64,000 nt of DNA. It comes from an uncultured delta proteobacterium. GTDB taxonomy: Bacteria; Desulfobacterota; Binatia; UBA9968. The stretch spans positions 92,835-156,834 of the forward strand of contig CAVUZH010000008.1 of NCBI GenBank assembly GCA_963745835.1, in the 5' to 3' direction. The position numbers were made by a program, and so were the translations under genes. Under the pieces are notes generated by a model. That model did not search any database. It saw only the letters and a program-made list of their open reading frames with translations, and was not told the origin of the DNA. Position 1 is the first letter of the stretch. Each line of letters starts with the position of its first letter. This document shows positions 1-10,748 of this stretch, one piece after another.

Positions 1-969
1 AAGCATCCAGTGATTGTTAGAAAATATCTTGGATCGGTGGTGCCGTACAGCGATAACTTTTTCGCCGCCTTGAACGCCGCTGTCTTCAGTGATGGATCGT
101 TCTGTTACATCCCCAGAGGCGTGCGCTGTCCGATGGAGCTTTCGACCTACTTTCGCATCAATGCCGCTGAAACAGGGCAATTTGAGCGCACCTTGATCAT
201 TGCCGATGAAGGCAGTTCCGTCAGCTACCTTGAGGGCTGCACTGCGCCGATGCGCGATGAGAATCAACTGCATGCCGCCGTGGTGGAGCTGGTTGCCCTG
301 GATAACGCCCAGATCAAGTACTCGACCGTACAGAACTGGTATCCGGGCGACAAGGACGGTAAAGGCGGAATCTACAATTTTGTCACCAAGCGCGGCAAGT
401 GCCTGGGCAACAACTCCAAGATCTCTTGGACCCAGGTCGAGACCGGCTCGGCAATTACCTGGAAGTATCCCAGCTGTATACTGCAGGGCGACAACTCGGT
501 GGGTGAATTTTACTCGGTGGCACTCACTAACAACTATCAGCAGGCGGATACCGGCACCAAGATGATCCATATCGGCAAGAACACCAAGAGCACGATTATT
601 TCGAAGGGGATCTCGGCCGGCCATGGACAGAACACCTATCGGGGGCTAGTGAAAGTCATGAAGGGCGCTGCCGGTGCTCGCAACTATTCGCAATGTGATT
701 CGTTGCTGCTGGGCGATAAATGCGGCGCGCATACCTTCCCCTACCTTGAGGTGATGAACAACTCATCACAGGTGGAGCATGAGGCCTCGACATCGAGAAT
801 CGGTGAGGATCAGCTTTTCTACTGCCGGCAGCGCGGCATTTCGCCTGAAGACGCTGTCACTCTCATCGTCAATGGTTTCTGTAAACAGGTCTTTCGCGAA
901 CTGCCGATGGAATTTGCCGTCGAGGCGCAGAAACTTCTGGGCGTGAGTCTTGAGGGTAGTGTCGGCTAA
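1..969 (+). CDS. sufB: Fe-S cluster assembly protein SufB, C-terminal ~320 aa (5' end outside window)
   Basis: Frame-1 ORF is open to the window edge. Translation is colinear with SufB/SufD-family text ([64 protein letters not shown]). Confidence 0.9.
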   Translation, partial: KHPVIVRKYLGSVVPYSDNFFAALNAAVFSDGSFCYIPRGVRCPMELSTYFRINAAETGQFERTLIIADEGSSVSYLEGCTAPMRDENQLHAAVVELVALDNAQIKYSTVQNWYPGDKDGKGGIYNFVTKRGKCLGNNSKISWTQVETGSAITWKYPSCILQGDNSVGEFYSVALTNNYQQADTGTKMIHIGKNTKSTIISKGISAGHGQNTYRGLVKVMKGAAGARNYSQCDSLLLGDKCGAHTFPYLEVMNNSSQVEHEASTSRIGEDQLFYCRQRGISPEDAVTLIVNGFCKQVFRELPMEFAVEAQKLLGVSLEGSVG

Positions 970-1034
970 AATAGATGCACAGACGGGGAACGCTATGATC
1001 AACCCACATTGGAATTTAAACATCGGAGAATGAT

Positions 1035-1460
1035 ATGTATTCCAAACGTGCCCCAGTCAGCCCAAAACATCGCCGGTCCGAGGCTCGACAACGGCACGGC
1101 TTGCATGACCGCCGATCCGATGTAAACGCGCTTCCGGAACAGTTCTTCGATACTCGAATCAGCCTCGCTAACGTGTGCCCGGAGACAGCTCTGATGTATG
1201 CCGTGGTAGAGGATGCGTTACTCTGTTTTCAGGAAGAGTTCGCCGGCTCGCCTCATGAGCAGCGGTGCAGGGCCCAGGAGGCGGCGAGATGGTTCTTCAG
1301 CGATGATCAGCATTCGCCGTATTCGTTTGTGAGCATCTGTGTTGGGCTCGGCCTTGACGCGGAAGAGATCCGCGATAAGCTCGAATACCTGGAACAAGAT
1401 ATTCGAGGTAAACGATATCTAGCAAAAAGACGCTCCATCGCTCGCAACAACGACTCGTAA
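1035..1460 (+). CDS. hypothetical protein (141 aa, basic N-terminus)
   Basis: ATG preceded by GGAGA, 66 nt after the sufB stop. No motif I recognise. Confidence 0.4.
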   Translation: MYSKRAPVSPKHRRSEARQRHGLHDRRSDVNALPEQFFDTRISLANVCPETALMYAVVEDALLCFQEEFAGSPHEQRCRAQEAARWFFSDDQHSPYSFVSICVGLGLDAEEIRDKLEYLEQDIRGKRYLAKRRSIARNNDS

Positions 1461-1515
1461 TCGCACGGGGATTACCCGCCCCTCGCAATTATCGAGCTCA
1501 TTGGAAGGAGCCATT

Positions 1516-2196
1516 ATGATTCAAGACAATCCTGAGATAGACAAGTTCAAACAACAGCTACGTGATTCGTTGCAGAGTGAAACGCTCAATTCCCGCTCCG
1601 TCAAAGTGCCGCGACATGAAAATGTCTACAATACCGGCGATGGCGACGGGATGATCTATTTTATCGAGACCGGCCAAATAAAGCTGTTGATGCTCTCCAG
1701 CGAAGGCAAAGAATGCATACTGGGCATCCACACTGCGGGCGACATCTTCGGCGAGCTGTGCCTCTCCGGTTTGGGCGAACGCTTGGAGACAGCCACTGCG
1801 ATGAAGGCAACGAGCTTAAAGCAAATACCATCCATCCAATTCTTCGCGCGTTTGGGGCGGGATTCGTTATGGCAGGGATTCGTGCGTTACCTCGCCGTGC
1901 GCATCGCCGACCAGCAGCAGATCATCGCCAATCTGGTAACGGTCGATAGCGAGCAGCGACTGGGCCAGACATTGTTGCAGCTGGCCCGGACAATGGGCAA
2001 GAAAGACCCGCGCAGTATTCGCATCGAGCTTAGGATTACGCACGAAGAATTGTCGGAGATGGTCGGAACCACCCGGCCCCGGATCAGCTTGTTCATGCAA
2101 AGATTTCACAATCTGGGATTAATCGAGACCAACAAAGATCGTTTTCTCGTCATCAAAGAAAATAAGCTCACCGATTATCTCGCGCAAATCGCCTGA
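1516..2196 (+). CDS. Crp/Fnr-family transcriptional regulator
   Basis: cNMP-binding-like N-domain (IYFIETGQIKLL, GDIFGELCL) and C-terminal HTH (ITHEELSEMVGTTRPRISLFMQRFHNLGLIE). Start moved from the track TTG 1501 to ATG 1516, which sits behind GGAAGGAG. Confidence 0.85.
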   Translation: MIQDNPEIDKFKQQLRDSLQSETLNSRSVKVPRHENVYNTGDGDGMIYFIETGQIKLLMLSSEGKECILGIHTAGDIFGELCLSGLGERLETATAMKATSLKQIPSIQFFARLGRDSLWQGFVRYLAVRIADQQQIIANLVTVDSEQRLGQTLLQLARTMGKKDPRSIRIELRITHEELSEMVGTTRPRISLFMQRFHNLGLIETNKDRFLVIKENKLTDYLAQIA

Positions 2197-2223
2197 TTGC
2201 GGCGGCGCCGCGCAACATTTGAT

Positions 2224-3837
2224 CTAACTTTTTAAAGCCGGTAACGCAATGAAGAATGACGTCCCTTTGCCCGGTTCACTGTGGTACGTAATCGATCCGC
2301 CGTGGGCCGTGACTACTTGACGAACCACCACCATGCCGATACCCGTTCCGCAGACCTTGGTCGTGGCGAAGGGTTCGAAGATATCCATATCCGGCCGAAT
2401 CCCCGTGCCGGTGTCAGCAATTTCAGCAAGAACGCCAGTTTCCGTCGACGACGCCTTGACGGTGATCTTGCCGCCGCCGGGCATGGCCTCCGCGCTGTTC
2501 TTGTAGAGATTAAGGAGGACCTGTTTTAATTTGTCACGGTCGGCAGAGATCGATGGGAGATTCGGCTCAAAGACGTGGTCGAAATGAATTTTCTGATGCG
2601 CCCAAATCGCGCGGCAAGTGTCCGCTACCTCTTTGATCAGCGCAGCGATACTTACCGGATGAAAGTCATATGTCTCCTTCCGTGAGATCATGCGGAATTG
2701 CTGCAGCAATGCGTTCAGACGGGCAGTCTCGCTGATGATAGTCTTAAGATCGGATGCGAGCTGTCCATGCACCGGAATCTCCTCCTTCGCCAGCTCGCGC
2801 TCCAGTAATTGAGTGGTCATATAGATATTGTTAAGCGGATTGGCTATTTCATGGGCGATTTTGGCCGCCGTCGCGCCGATCGCCGAGAGCCGTTCGCTTT
2901 CGACCAATTGCTCCTGCAGCCTGGTCTTGTCGGATATGTCGCGAATAAACGCCGCATAGTGAACGTCCTCGTCGGTTGGAATTTCGGTGACAGACAGCTC
3001 AATGGGAAACACATCGCCGTTCTTGCGTTTCGCCGTCACCGTGCGAATTCGGCCAATGGCGTGAGCTTCGCCGGTCCTCTCGTAACGAGCAATGTATTCG
3101 TCATGCTGCGACACATAGGGTTCCGACATGAGTACGTTTACTTTTTGCCCCGCTATTTCGTTCCTGCTATAGCCGAAAGTTCGCTCTGCCGCCGCATTGA
3201 ACAGCACGATTCTGCCTTTTCTGTCGATGGATAAAACGGCGTCCTGGGTTGTTTCGACCAGCCTGCGGGACCAGCTTTCGGCCTTCTTTCTTTGTGAAAT
3301 GTCGAGGATGGCGACCTGGCTTTCATGCGCAACGCCCAGAGCAGGATCGGCTACCGCACCCCCGACCAATTCAACATCGATTAGAGCGCCGTCGTGGCGC
3401 GTGAGCTGCAACTCGCAGGATTCTCGATGTCCGGGTTGAAAAAGCTTGTGAAAGAGCCGGTCGAATTCATCCCGGAACCCGGGACTGACAAAACTCCGGA
3501 ACGATCTCTTATGCAGATAACGCTTCTCTGTGCGCAGCATCTGAGCACAGGCAAGGTTGACCTGCTGAATCTGTCCCTTTCGGTCAAAGCTGCAAAAGCC
3601 AATGGGGGCAAATTCGTACAACTCGGCATACTTGCGCTGCGACTCTTCCGCACTGACCTGACTTCTGCGCAGCTCTTCGTTTTGCATCTCCAGTTCGACA
3701 CGGTGCACATCCAATTCGTGGATCACCTCGGCAGCACGTTGATGGACGATCCGCGGCGTGCTCTTGCCGGCCTTTTTCAGCAAGTCCTCCGCCCTCTTAC
3801 GCAGGTTGACTTCTTCTTTATCTTTTTCGCCCATCAC
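2224..3837 (-). CDS. PAS-domain sensor histidine kinase
   Basis: Coiled coil plus two PAS-like modules. H-box AHEIANPLNNI, N box LYKNSAEAMPGGG, G boxes DTGTGI and GTGIGM. Confidence 0.85.
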   Translation of the reverse strand: MMGEKDKEEVNLRKRAEDLLKKAGKSTPRIVHQRAAEVIHELDVHRVELEMQNEELRRSQVSAEESQRKYAELYEFAPIGFCSFDRKGQIQQVNLACAQMLRTEKRYLHKRSFRSFVSPGFRDEFDRLFHKLFQPGHRESCELQLTRHDGALIDVELVGGAVADPALGVAHESQVAILDISQRKKAESWSRRLVETTQDAVLSIDRKGRIVLFNAAAERTFGYSRNEIAGQKVNVLMSEPYVSQHDEYIARYERTGEAHAIGRIRTVTAKRKNGDVFPIELSVTEIPTDEDVHYAAFIRDISDKTRLQEQLVESERLSAIGATAAKIAHEIANPLNNIYMTTQLLERELAKEEIPVHGQLASDLKTIISETARLNALLQQFRMISRKETYDFHPVSIAALIKEVADTCRAIWAHQKIHFDHVFEPNLPSISADRDKLKQVLLNLYKNSAEAMPGGGKITVKASSTETGVLAEIADTGTGIRPDMDIFEPFATTKVCGTGIGMVVVRQVVTAHGGSITYHSEPGKGTSFFIALPALKS

Positions 3838-3877
3838 TTAGTCCGCCTTCCGCAGAGTAAGAGGCCTCTGCTTGCGC

Positions 3878-6877
3878 TCACTGCGCTCCCGTAGTGTCCT
3901 CGATGGCGAGCAGAATTCTGCCCGTATCGATATCCTCCCGGTAAACTTTACGGGCGTTCAAGAGCATCTTCTTGTGTCCAATGCCAGGAAAATCATGCTC
4001 AACGGCGAAATCTTGAAAAGAAGCGTTAGTGGTTAGGATTTTCTCCAGCAATTCTCTCAGGCTGGGGATATTCCACTGCCCGTGGCCCAACTCGTAGAGC
4101 AACACCCCTTCCGTGGACCCGGGTTGCACTTGGAAGGTTTGGTAAAAAGACCGGCTAGCCGTAATTACCTTCAAATCACCATCCAGAACCACCAGTGAAT
4201 CGCGGATCGTCGCGACGATGCTCTTAGATAATCAAGCATCTCCTGCTGAACCAAAGCCCTCTTACTTTCAGTGATATCCGTGAATGTGATCACAACACCG
4301 TCAACCAAGTCGTCCACGGTACGGTAAGGCATGATGCGACTAAGGTAGGATCGACCCTCATTGTTTCTCACCTCCATCTCATTGGGGATGAGCGTCTCAA
4401 GGACTTTCTTCGCTTCCGCATGGACGGGCAATTCCAGGTTGAAAACAAGATGATTCAGGGGTCTTCCAATATCAGTTGGGATCAAATTCACGATTTTGGT
4501 CGCTGCAGGAGTGAATCGCTTGATGAGCAGACTGCTTATCGAGAATAAATGGTGCAATATTTGTGTTATCGAGCAGATTCCTCACGTCGTCGTTCATGAC
4601 CGTCAATTCGTCGATCTTACCCTGAAGCTCCGCATTGACTGTCACCAGTTCCTCGTTAATCGATTGCAGTTCCTCCTTCGAGGTTTCTAATTCTTCGTTA
4701 GCGCTTTGCAATTCCTCATTAGTGGACTGAGACTCTTCATTTGCCGATTTAAGCTCCTCGTTGGACACCTCCAAATCTTCGATGCTCCTTTTGAGATGCT
4801 GTCGAGCAAGCTTCAACTCGCTCTCCAGTTGAGTGCCATAGCCCGCTCCCCTGCGCTTTGGCGTGCCCTCTTTCATCTCAACGCCAATATCCTCAAAAGT
4901 AACCACCATCATCCCAACGCTTCCGTCCGGCTTGACCTGTAACGGCTCGATGCTGATTTTGATCTTCTTAAGTTCCGTCTCGGGGCTCAAGATCAAACCT
5001 TCCACCACAACCCGTTTCTTTCGGATAGCGGCTTCGTGAATGGCGGCGGCCAACGCATCTTTAATACCTGGATGGGCCATATCGTGAATATTCAACGCGG
5101 CGTGCCCCTGAGGCAGCTCCAGGTACTTTCCAGCTCGGCCGAAGGCATACACGATGTCGCCGTTCTGATTGATGAGCACAGATGGGGAAGTATATCCTTC
5201 CAGGAGCTTCTTTTCAGTCAGATTCGTGACGACCGGGCCGTTATCGTCCTTCTTCTTTCCGGGCCGCCCAGGCGCAAGGTCGGGTCGGGCATGCGTTAGA
5301 GGCCTGACAAGGATCTCCCCAACGGCTTCATTGGCGAAAGCTCCGCCATTCCTCCGTCTAAAAATTTTGGATTTCTTATCCACTGGAGAAAAGAGATGAC
5401 TGAAGATGCCGATGCTCTCTGAGGTGCCTAGAAAGAGAAGACCTCCGGGCTTCAGAGCATAGTGGAAAAGACGCAACAACTGCTTTTGTAATTCCGCTTC
5501 CAGGTAGATCAAGAGGTTTCTGCACGTAATTAAATCCAATTTGCTAAACGCCGGGTCCCTGATGAGATCTTGTTCGGCAAAAACCACCATGTCGCGGAAT
5601 TCTTTTTTGACGCGGTATACGCCGTTGTCTTTGAGGAAGAACCGCTTCAACCGCTCGGCCGTGAGTTCGGAGACAACGCTCCCTGAATACACGCCCGCGC
5701 GAGCCAAGCTGATTGCCTCGCTGTCGACATCCGTCGCGAAAATCTGTACTCGAAAGCGTTTCTTAAGTTTGCTCATGCACTCATAAAGCAGGATCGCGAG
5801 CGAGTAGGGCTCTTCCCCGGTGGAGCAGCCGGGAGTCCAGATCCGAAATGTGCTGTCCTTGGGGTGTTTCCGTAAAGTCGCACTGAGTACTTTGCTCAGG
5901 CTCTTAAATGCCTCAGGATCGCGAAAAAAGTGGGTGACACCGATGAGCAATTCTTTAAAAATGGCATCTATTTCCAATGGATTTCGTCGAATAAAACCAA
6001 GGTAGGAAGACAGGCTCTTGATGCGCTGCACGCCCATCCTTCTTTTAACCCGCCTGCTGATGGTGCTCTTTTTATACGATGAAAAATCATGGCCGGTTTG
6101 GGACTTAAGCAGACGGAATAACTCCTCCATCGATTCTGCAGGTTGTTCCACGTGCGTACCAACATCTCCTTTAAGATGTCGGTCGCTCACATATTTCATC
6201 AACTGGGCCGGCATCTTTTCCGCCGGCAAGCTATAATCGACGAGACCGGTTGCAATGGCGCTCCTGGGCATCCCATCGTATTCGGCCGACGCTGTCGCCT
6301 GGGCCATCGCCATGCCGCCTTCGGCTTTGACATCCCGGAGTCCCAACGTCCCGTCGGTACCGGTTCCCGAAAGGATGATGCAGATAGCCCGCTGCTTCCG
6401 GTCCCGCGCTAAAGAGCGAAAAAAAGTGTCTATGGGAAATCTCTGCCCATGCGGCTCCGAAGGTTTTTTCAATACCAACGTCCCGCGTACGAGGGTCATT
6501 TCTTTGTTGGGGGGTATGACGTAAATGCGGTCGCGCTCGACACGTATGCCGTCTTGGGCTCTGTCCACCATGATCTTGGTGTATCTCTTCAGCAAATCGG
6601 GCAGCATGCTGCTATGCTTTGGATCCAGGTGAGAAATTACGATGAAGCTCATCCCGCAATTGACCGGCATGGTTGAGAAAAAACTTTCAAGCGCTTTCAG
6701 ACCGCCCGCAGAAGCGCCGATTCCGACTATGTGAAAGCCGTCCTTCCGATCTTCAGATACTGCAGCGGAGTCGCTGGTTCGGCGCACCTTGGCTAATTTC
6801 CGACTGGCGGGCTTAGCGGCTTTTTTTGCAAAGATTTTTCCGCTTTTTCTAGCCACCATTGTCATAAACGGGGTCAA
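3878..6877 (-). pseudogene. CheB methylesterase / CheR methyltransferase / PAS fusion protein, interrupted by two apparent frameshifts
   Basis: Three colinear minus-strand ORFs (4472..6877, 4171..4557, 3878..4192). They carry the CheB motif GIGASAGGLKALESFF, a CheR SAM-MTase region, a coiled coil and two PAS-like modules. The frame switches inside conserved text at ~4530 (NIAPFILDKQS | LLIKRFTPAATKIVNLIP) and at ~4230 (QQEMLDY | LSKSIVATIRDSLVVLDGDLKVITASR). Confidence 0.75.
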
Positions 6878-7624
6878 ATATCCGATATACTAAGGCTCGT
6901 TGTGAACTTTCAAAAGCAAAAAAAACAGCTATTGTTGTATACTTTTGCTCCGCTTATTGATCACGATACGGATCGCGAGATGAGGGGTACATTCCTTATA
7001 CGCGCCTTATCAGGTTGCCGCAAACCCATAGACTCACCGTCCCATGCCGTTCAGACCCAGACTCATGAGCCTCTGCTGTGAGATTATCGTGATCTGCTGC
7101 CCTGAGTTTCATCTCTTGCAGTGCATCAAGTAATACTTTGCTTTGCCGAGCGGCGATATTCTTTGATGCCAAACACAACGAACGAACTTTGCTCTTCTTT
7201 TCCAAGCAAGCAATCCAACTCAAGCCTTGCAGAAAAAACAATTGCCATATCGCCCGACAGCTTCGATTCTGAAGCTATGGCAGGAGCTACCGAAACTGTT
7301 GAAGCGCCTGTTAAGTTTCGACGTCATGCAGGGGTAAGCACGCCGGCTCGCCGAACTACTCACTCCAGGATCGTTCACTATTAGACAGCAATCAATTCGG
7401 AGCGTGATATCTGTCATTAGAGATCCGGCAAATAACTACCCGGATGCCAGGGCAAGCTTTGTTCCAAGTGGATCCCTCGAGCAGTGTCCGTGAAGCTTCC
7501 GAAACCTTGGTGATCATGGCACCGCTGGGCCGAGCCAGGATCTGTCGCTCGCACATAGTTAGCGGCGCCGTCTGAGCGCGCCATTTCGTCAACTTAGCTC
7601 AACCGGTTAAATAAGGAGAAGTCG

Positions 7625-7723
7625 ATGCAAGCAGTAGCGCCCTTTGTGGTGATGATCCTTGTTTTGGCAGTCATTTTTTATTTGGCTCATTGGGATGCGA
7701 ACCGGGTTAAAGGCAAGCGCTGA
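7625..7723 (+). CDS. possible 32-aa single-TM peptide
   Basis: ATG sits 6 nt after AAGGAGAAG. Translation is MQAVAPFVVMILVLAVIFYLAHWDANRVKGKR. It lies in an otherwise ORF-poor 1.1-kb gap and is below the track cutoff. Confidence 0.3.
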   Translation: MQAVAPFVVMILVLAVIFYLAHWDANRVKGKR

Positions 7724-8006
7724 TCCTCCCCAACGTTCTCAGGTTCAGAGAAGACTTCAGCCGCTTAACTTCTCGCCGGCAGTGAGCGCACACATTTGCG
7801 CGGTGAGCCCACAGAGACGATCTGCCGACCATCAGTGCGGATGTCCGTAATAGACTTAGGAGCCGCACAAAATATTTTTTCACGATTGTCCACTATTAGA
7901 CAGTACCGATTTCGCTCTCGCGATACGCAGTGCTAGTCTAGAGATCTGACGTTTCGAATAGGGTCTCGGGCACGACAGAGCCATACATACTTCAAAGGAG
8001 CAACAA

Positions 8007-8820
8007 TTGATGGAGCGAACAAGCGAGGGAAACGGCTTTCCAAATAAATCCCCTGGCTCGGAATCTAAACATATCGCCGATGGGATTACGCCGCTTAAGG
8101 CAATAGCGGGCGGACTGCAGCCGCACCACAAACAGTCGCAGCAACGAGCGCAGGTGAGGCGGTTTACCGCTCTCTTGAATACGACGGCCGCCCTCTTTGC
8201 ACATGAAGTTGCCAGCCCTCTTCAAGGAATGGCCGCCTCACTCCAACTGATCGAGCGCGACCTCAAAACAAACCATGATCCGCTATTGACAACAACGATG
8301 CGCAGTTTCAGGCGAGAAGTCGATCGTTTGATTATCTTGCTTGAGGAGTTTCGCTCCGCTTCGGTTCCGCAAAATTTAAATCTTACCGGCAGTGATTTAC
8401 GACAGGTAGTCGAAGACGCCTTAGCGATACAGCTGGTCGTCTATCAGACTGCCGGAGTTAACATTAAACTAGAATTTAAGGACGGCTTGCCGGCTGTTAA
8501 ATTAGACACGGCAAAAATAAAGCAGGTAATCTTGAATCTCTGCAGAAATGCCCTCGATGCCATGCCCCAAGGAGGAGATCTAACGATTAGAGGTTACTCC
8601 TTGGGCGCCACTGTAGTTTTGGAGATCACAGATACGGGGATTGGTATGCCGGAGGGTATCAGATCCTTTCGCATTATTTCAGACCACGAAGGTGCATGGT
8701 AGCGGCTTGGGCCTGCCGATTGTAGAACAAATCGTCTTGGCCCATAACGGCACGATCGACTATACAAGCGAGCCTGACCTGGGTACGACATTCAAAATTA
8801 TTTTTCCCGCTGCAGTTTAG
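8007..8820 (+). CDS. small soluble histidine kinase with one apparent frameshift near 8655
   Basis: H-box [10 protein letters not shown] box [15 protein letters not shown] and G1 box DTGIGMP occur in ORF 8007..8702. The rest ([52 protein letters not shown]) continues in another frame to the TAG at 8818-8820. Confidence 0.7.
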
Positions 8821-8975
8821 ACAACGCCTCGTCGGAGCAGTTTCCGGCCGGCGACAGTGTACAGGTTTTACAGGTTTTACCTGCCAGGAGTGCTACACGG
8901 CGATTCTGGCTCTGCCAGCATCGATGCCGCACCTTCGTTCCGCTAATTTGCTGGCGTTTAAGTTTTAGGAGGACA

Positions 8976-10082
8976 ATGAAATCGAGCAGATCGTCCGAAC
9001 CATTGCTGGTCTGGCAAGTTCTTAGCCGCAGCAAGCATCAGAGGCTTCCCAATGCAGTTACTGCCAAACTGAAAAGATTCAAACCCACCTGGTACAAGAC
9101 GATTGCGACCTATGGATCTTCGGATCTTCGCAAATCGCTTTGGCAAGTGCTCAACACCTTCGTTCCTTATTGCCTTCTGTGGGCGCTGATGCTCCATTCA
9201 GTTCAACGAGATTATCCCTACTGGATCACTCTCGCTTTGGCGATCCTAGCAGGTGGAATGATGGTACGCATCTTCATTCTCTTCCATGACTGTTGTCACG
9301 GTTCTTTCTTCTCCTCTCGTTGGGGGAACACAGTCCTGGGCTATGTCTCAGGCATTTTCACATTCACACCGTTTGAAGACTGGAAGTATGGCCACAATTC
9401 GCACCATGCTACGGCTGGAGACCTCGACCGCCGGGGTATCGGCGATATCTGGACGATGACAAGAGAGGAGTATCTGGCAGCCTCCCCACGAAAACGACTC
9501 AGGTATCGATTCTATCGGAATCCCTTCGTCTTGTTCGGGCCGGGTGCAGCGCTCTTGTTCTTGATCATCCAGCGATTTCCTACCAAAGGCGCCGGAAAGA
9601 AGGAGCGCAGAAGCGTGCTCTTCACCAACTTGGCACTGCTGGCAATCGTCGCCATCGCCACCTTCGCGATCGGTTTTGAGACGTATCTGCTGATTCAGCT
9701 GCCGATTATTCTGATTGGCGGAACCTTTGGATTATTGTTGTTCTACGTCCAACATCAGTTTGAGAATGTGTATTGGGCACGGCACGACTCTTGTGATCCT
9801 ATGCGGGTCGCCCTAGAGGGTAGCTCGTATCTGAAGCTGCCGAAAGTTCTGCAATGGGTTACAGGCAACATCAACTTGCATCACATCCACCACGTTCGAC
9901 CCAATATTCCTAACTACAAACTGCAACGCTGCTACGATGAGGTTCCGGCGTTTCAGGAAGTTAAACCCATCACTCTCTGGAAAAGCTTCAGTTTGCTGCG
10001 ACTAGGACTGTATGATGAAGCGCAACGAAAGATGATAAGTTTTCGATCGTTGAAAGTTACGCCTTTTGATAGCCCCGCATGA
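8976..10082 (+). CDS. membrane fatty-acid desaturase
   Basis: Three histidine boxes (HDCCHGS, HNSHHA, HHIHH) with intervening hydrophobic spans. ATG follows AGGAGG. Confidence 0.85.
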   Translation: MKSSRSSEPLLVWQVLSRSKHQRLPNAVTAKLKRFKPTWYKTIATYGSSDLRKSLWQVLNTFVPYCLLWALMLHSVQRDYPYWITLALAILAGGMMVRIFILFHDCCHGSFFSSRWGNTVLGYVSGIFTFTPFEDWKYGHNSHHATAGDLDRRGIGDIWTMTREEYLAASPRKRLRYRFYRNPFVLFGPGAALLFLIIQRFPTKGAGKKERRSVLFTNLALLAIVAIATFAIGFETYLLIQLPIILIGGTFGLLLFYVQHQFENVYWARHDSCDPMRVALEGSSYLKLPKVLQWVTGNINLHHIHHVRPNIPNYKLQRCYDEVPAFQEVKPITLWKSFSLLRLGLYDEAQRKMISFRSLKVTPFDSPA

Positions 10083-10748
10083 GCAATATCCTCGCCGCGC
10101 CATTCCGACCTGACCGGTAACCAACGGCCAAACGCTCCCTTCCATCGGGCAATTTTTCAGCTCGTCCTAACTAAACTCGGGACATCGATTTTGCGAGATC
10201 GGTTCAAACGGCTCTCTTGCCGCACACGCATCTTCGGCCACAGCCGATTGACCTCGGAGCCCTAGATCTACTCAGGTGACTTTTGAAAGGACAGCCATAA
10301 TTCAGGGGGCTAAAGTGCGCCACAGCATCTACTCAGAGCGGGCGAGGAAGATCGGCTCATAAGCCGAAAATCCCAAGTTGTGGAAGTTGTACGAGGGCGA
10401 AACGAGAGATTAGCGCGGGTGTATTTCTGCCGGGAGATCCGTTATCACGCAAAAGCCACATGCAGGCCCCGGGAATCCGCTTTCAACGATGGCGTCGTAC
10501 CGGCGAGCACCACGGATCAGTACTGGATAGATCCCTTTCAGAGGGTCTGTGTTTAAACTCAATCGAATAGTATGTTGTCTGTCATTTACCGCGATACGAA
10601 GGCACGATAACGGAGAGTGCGAGAAAGAGCTCGTTCACCATCTATCACCTGCCTCTCTTCGTATATTCGCGGGCGAGCGGAGTGAAGACACTTGATTTTG
10701 GCCACTAGCTCTCTGACCTAAACACGTATCGAATCAAATCGAGACAGT

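Noticed and set aside
200-1023. ORFs 200..565 (+) and 766..1023 (-) overlapping sufB
   Set aside because: They lie inside or antisense to a strongly supported SufB reading frame and have Arg/Pro/Ser-rich low-complexity translations. They are shadow ORFs.
2197-2223. GC-rich near-palindrome TTGCGGCGGCGCCGCGCAA between the convergent crp-like and kinase genes as a bidirectional terminator
   Set aside because: The best stem leaves an impossibly small loop or only 4 bp, and no flanking T-runs are present.
4200-4560. Programmed ribosomal frameshifting in the CheBR-PAS gene
   Set aside because: No slippery heptamer or downstream structure was recognised at either site. Similar frame breaks occur in many unrelated genes in the window, including ftsY.
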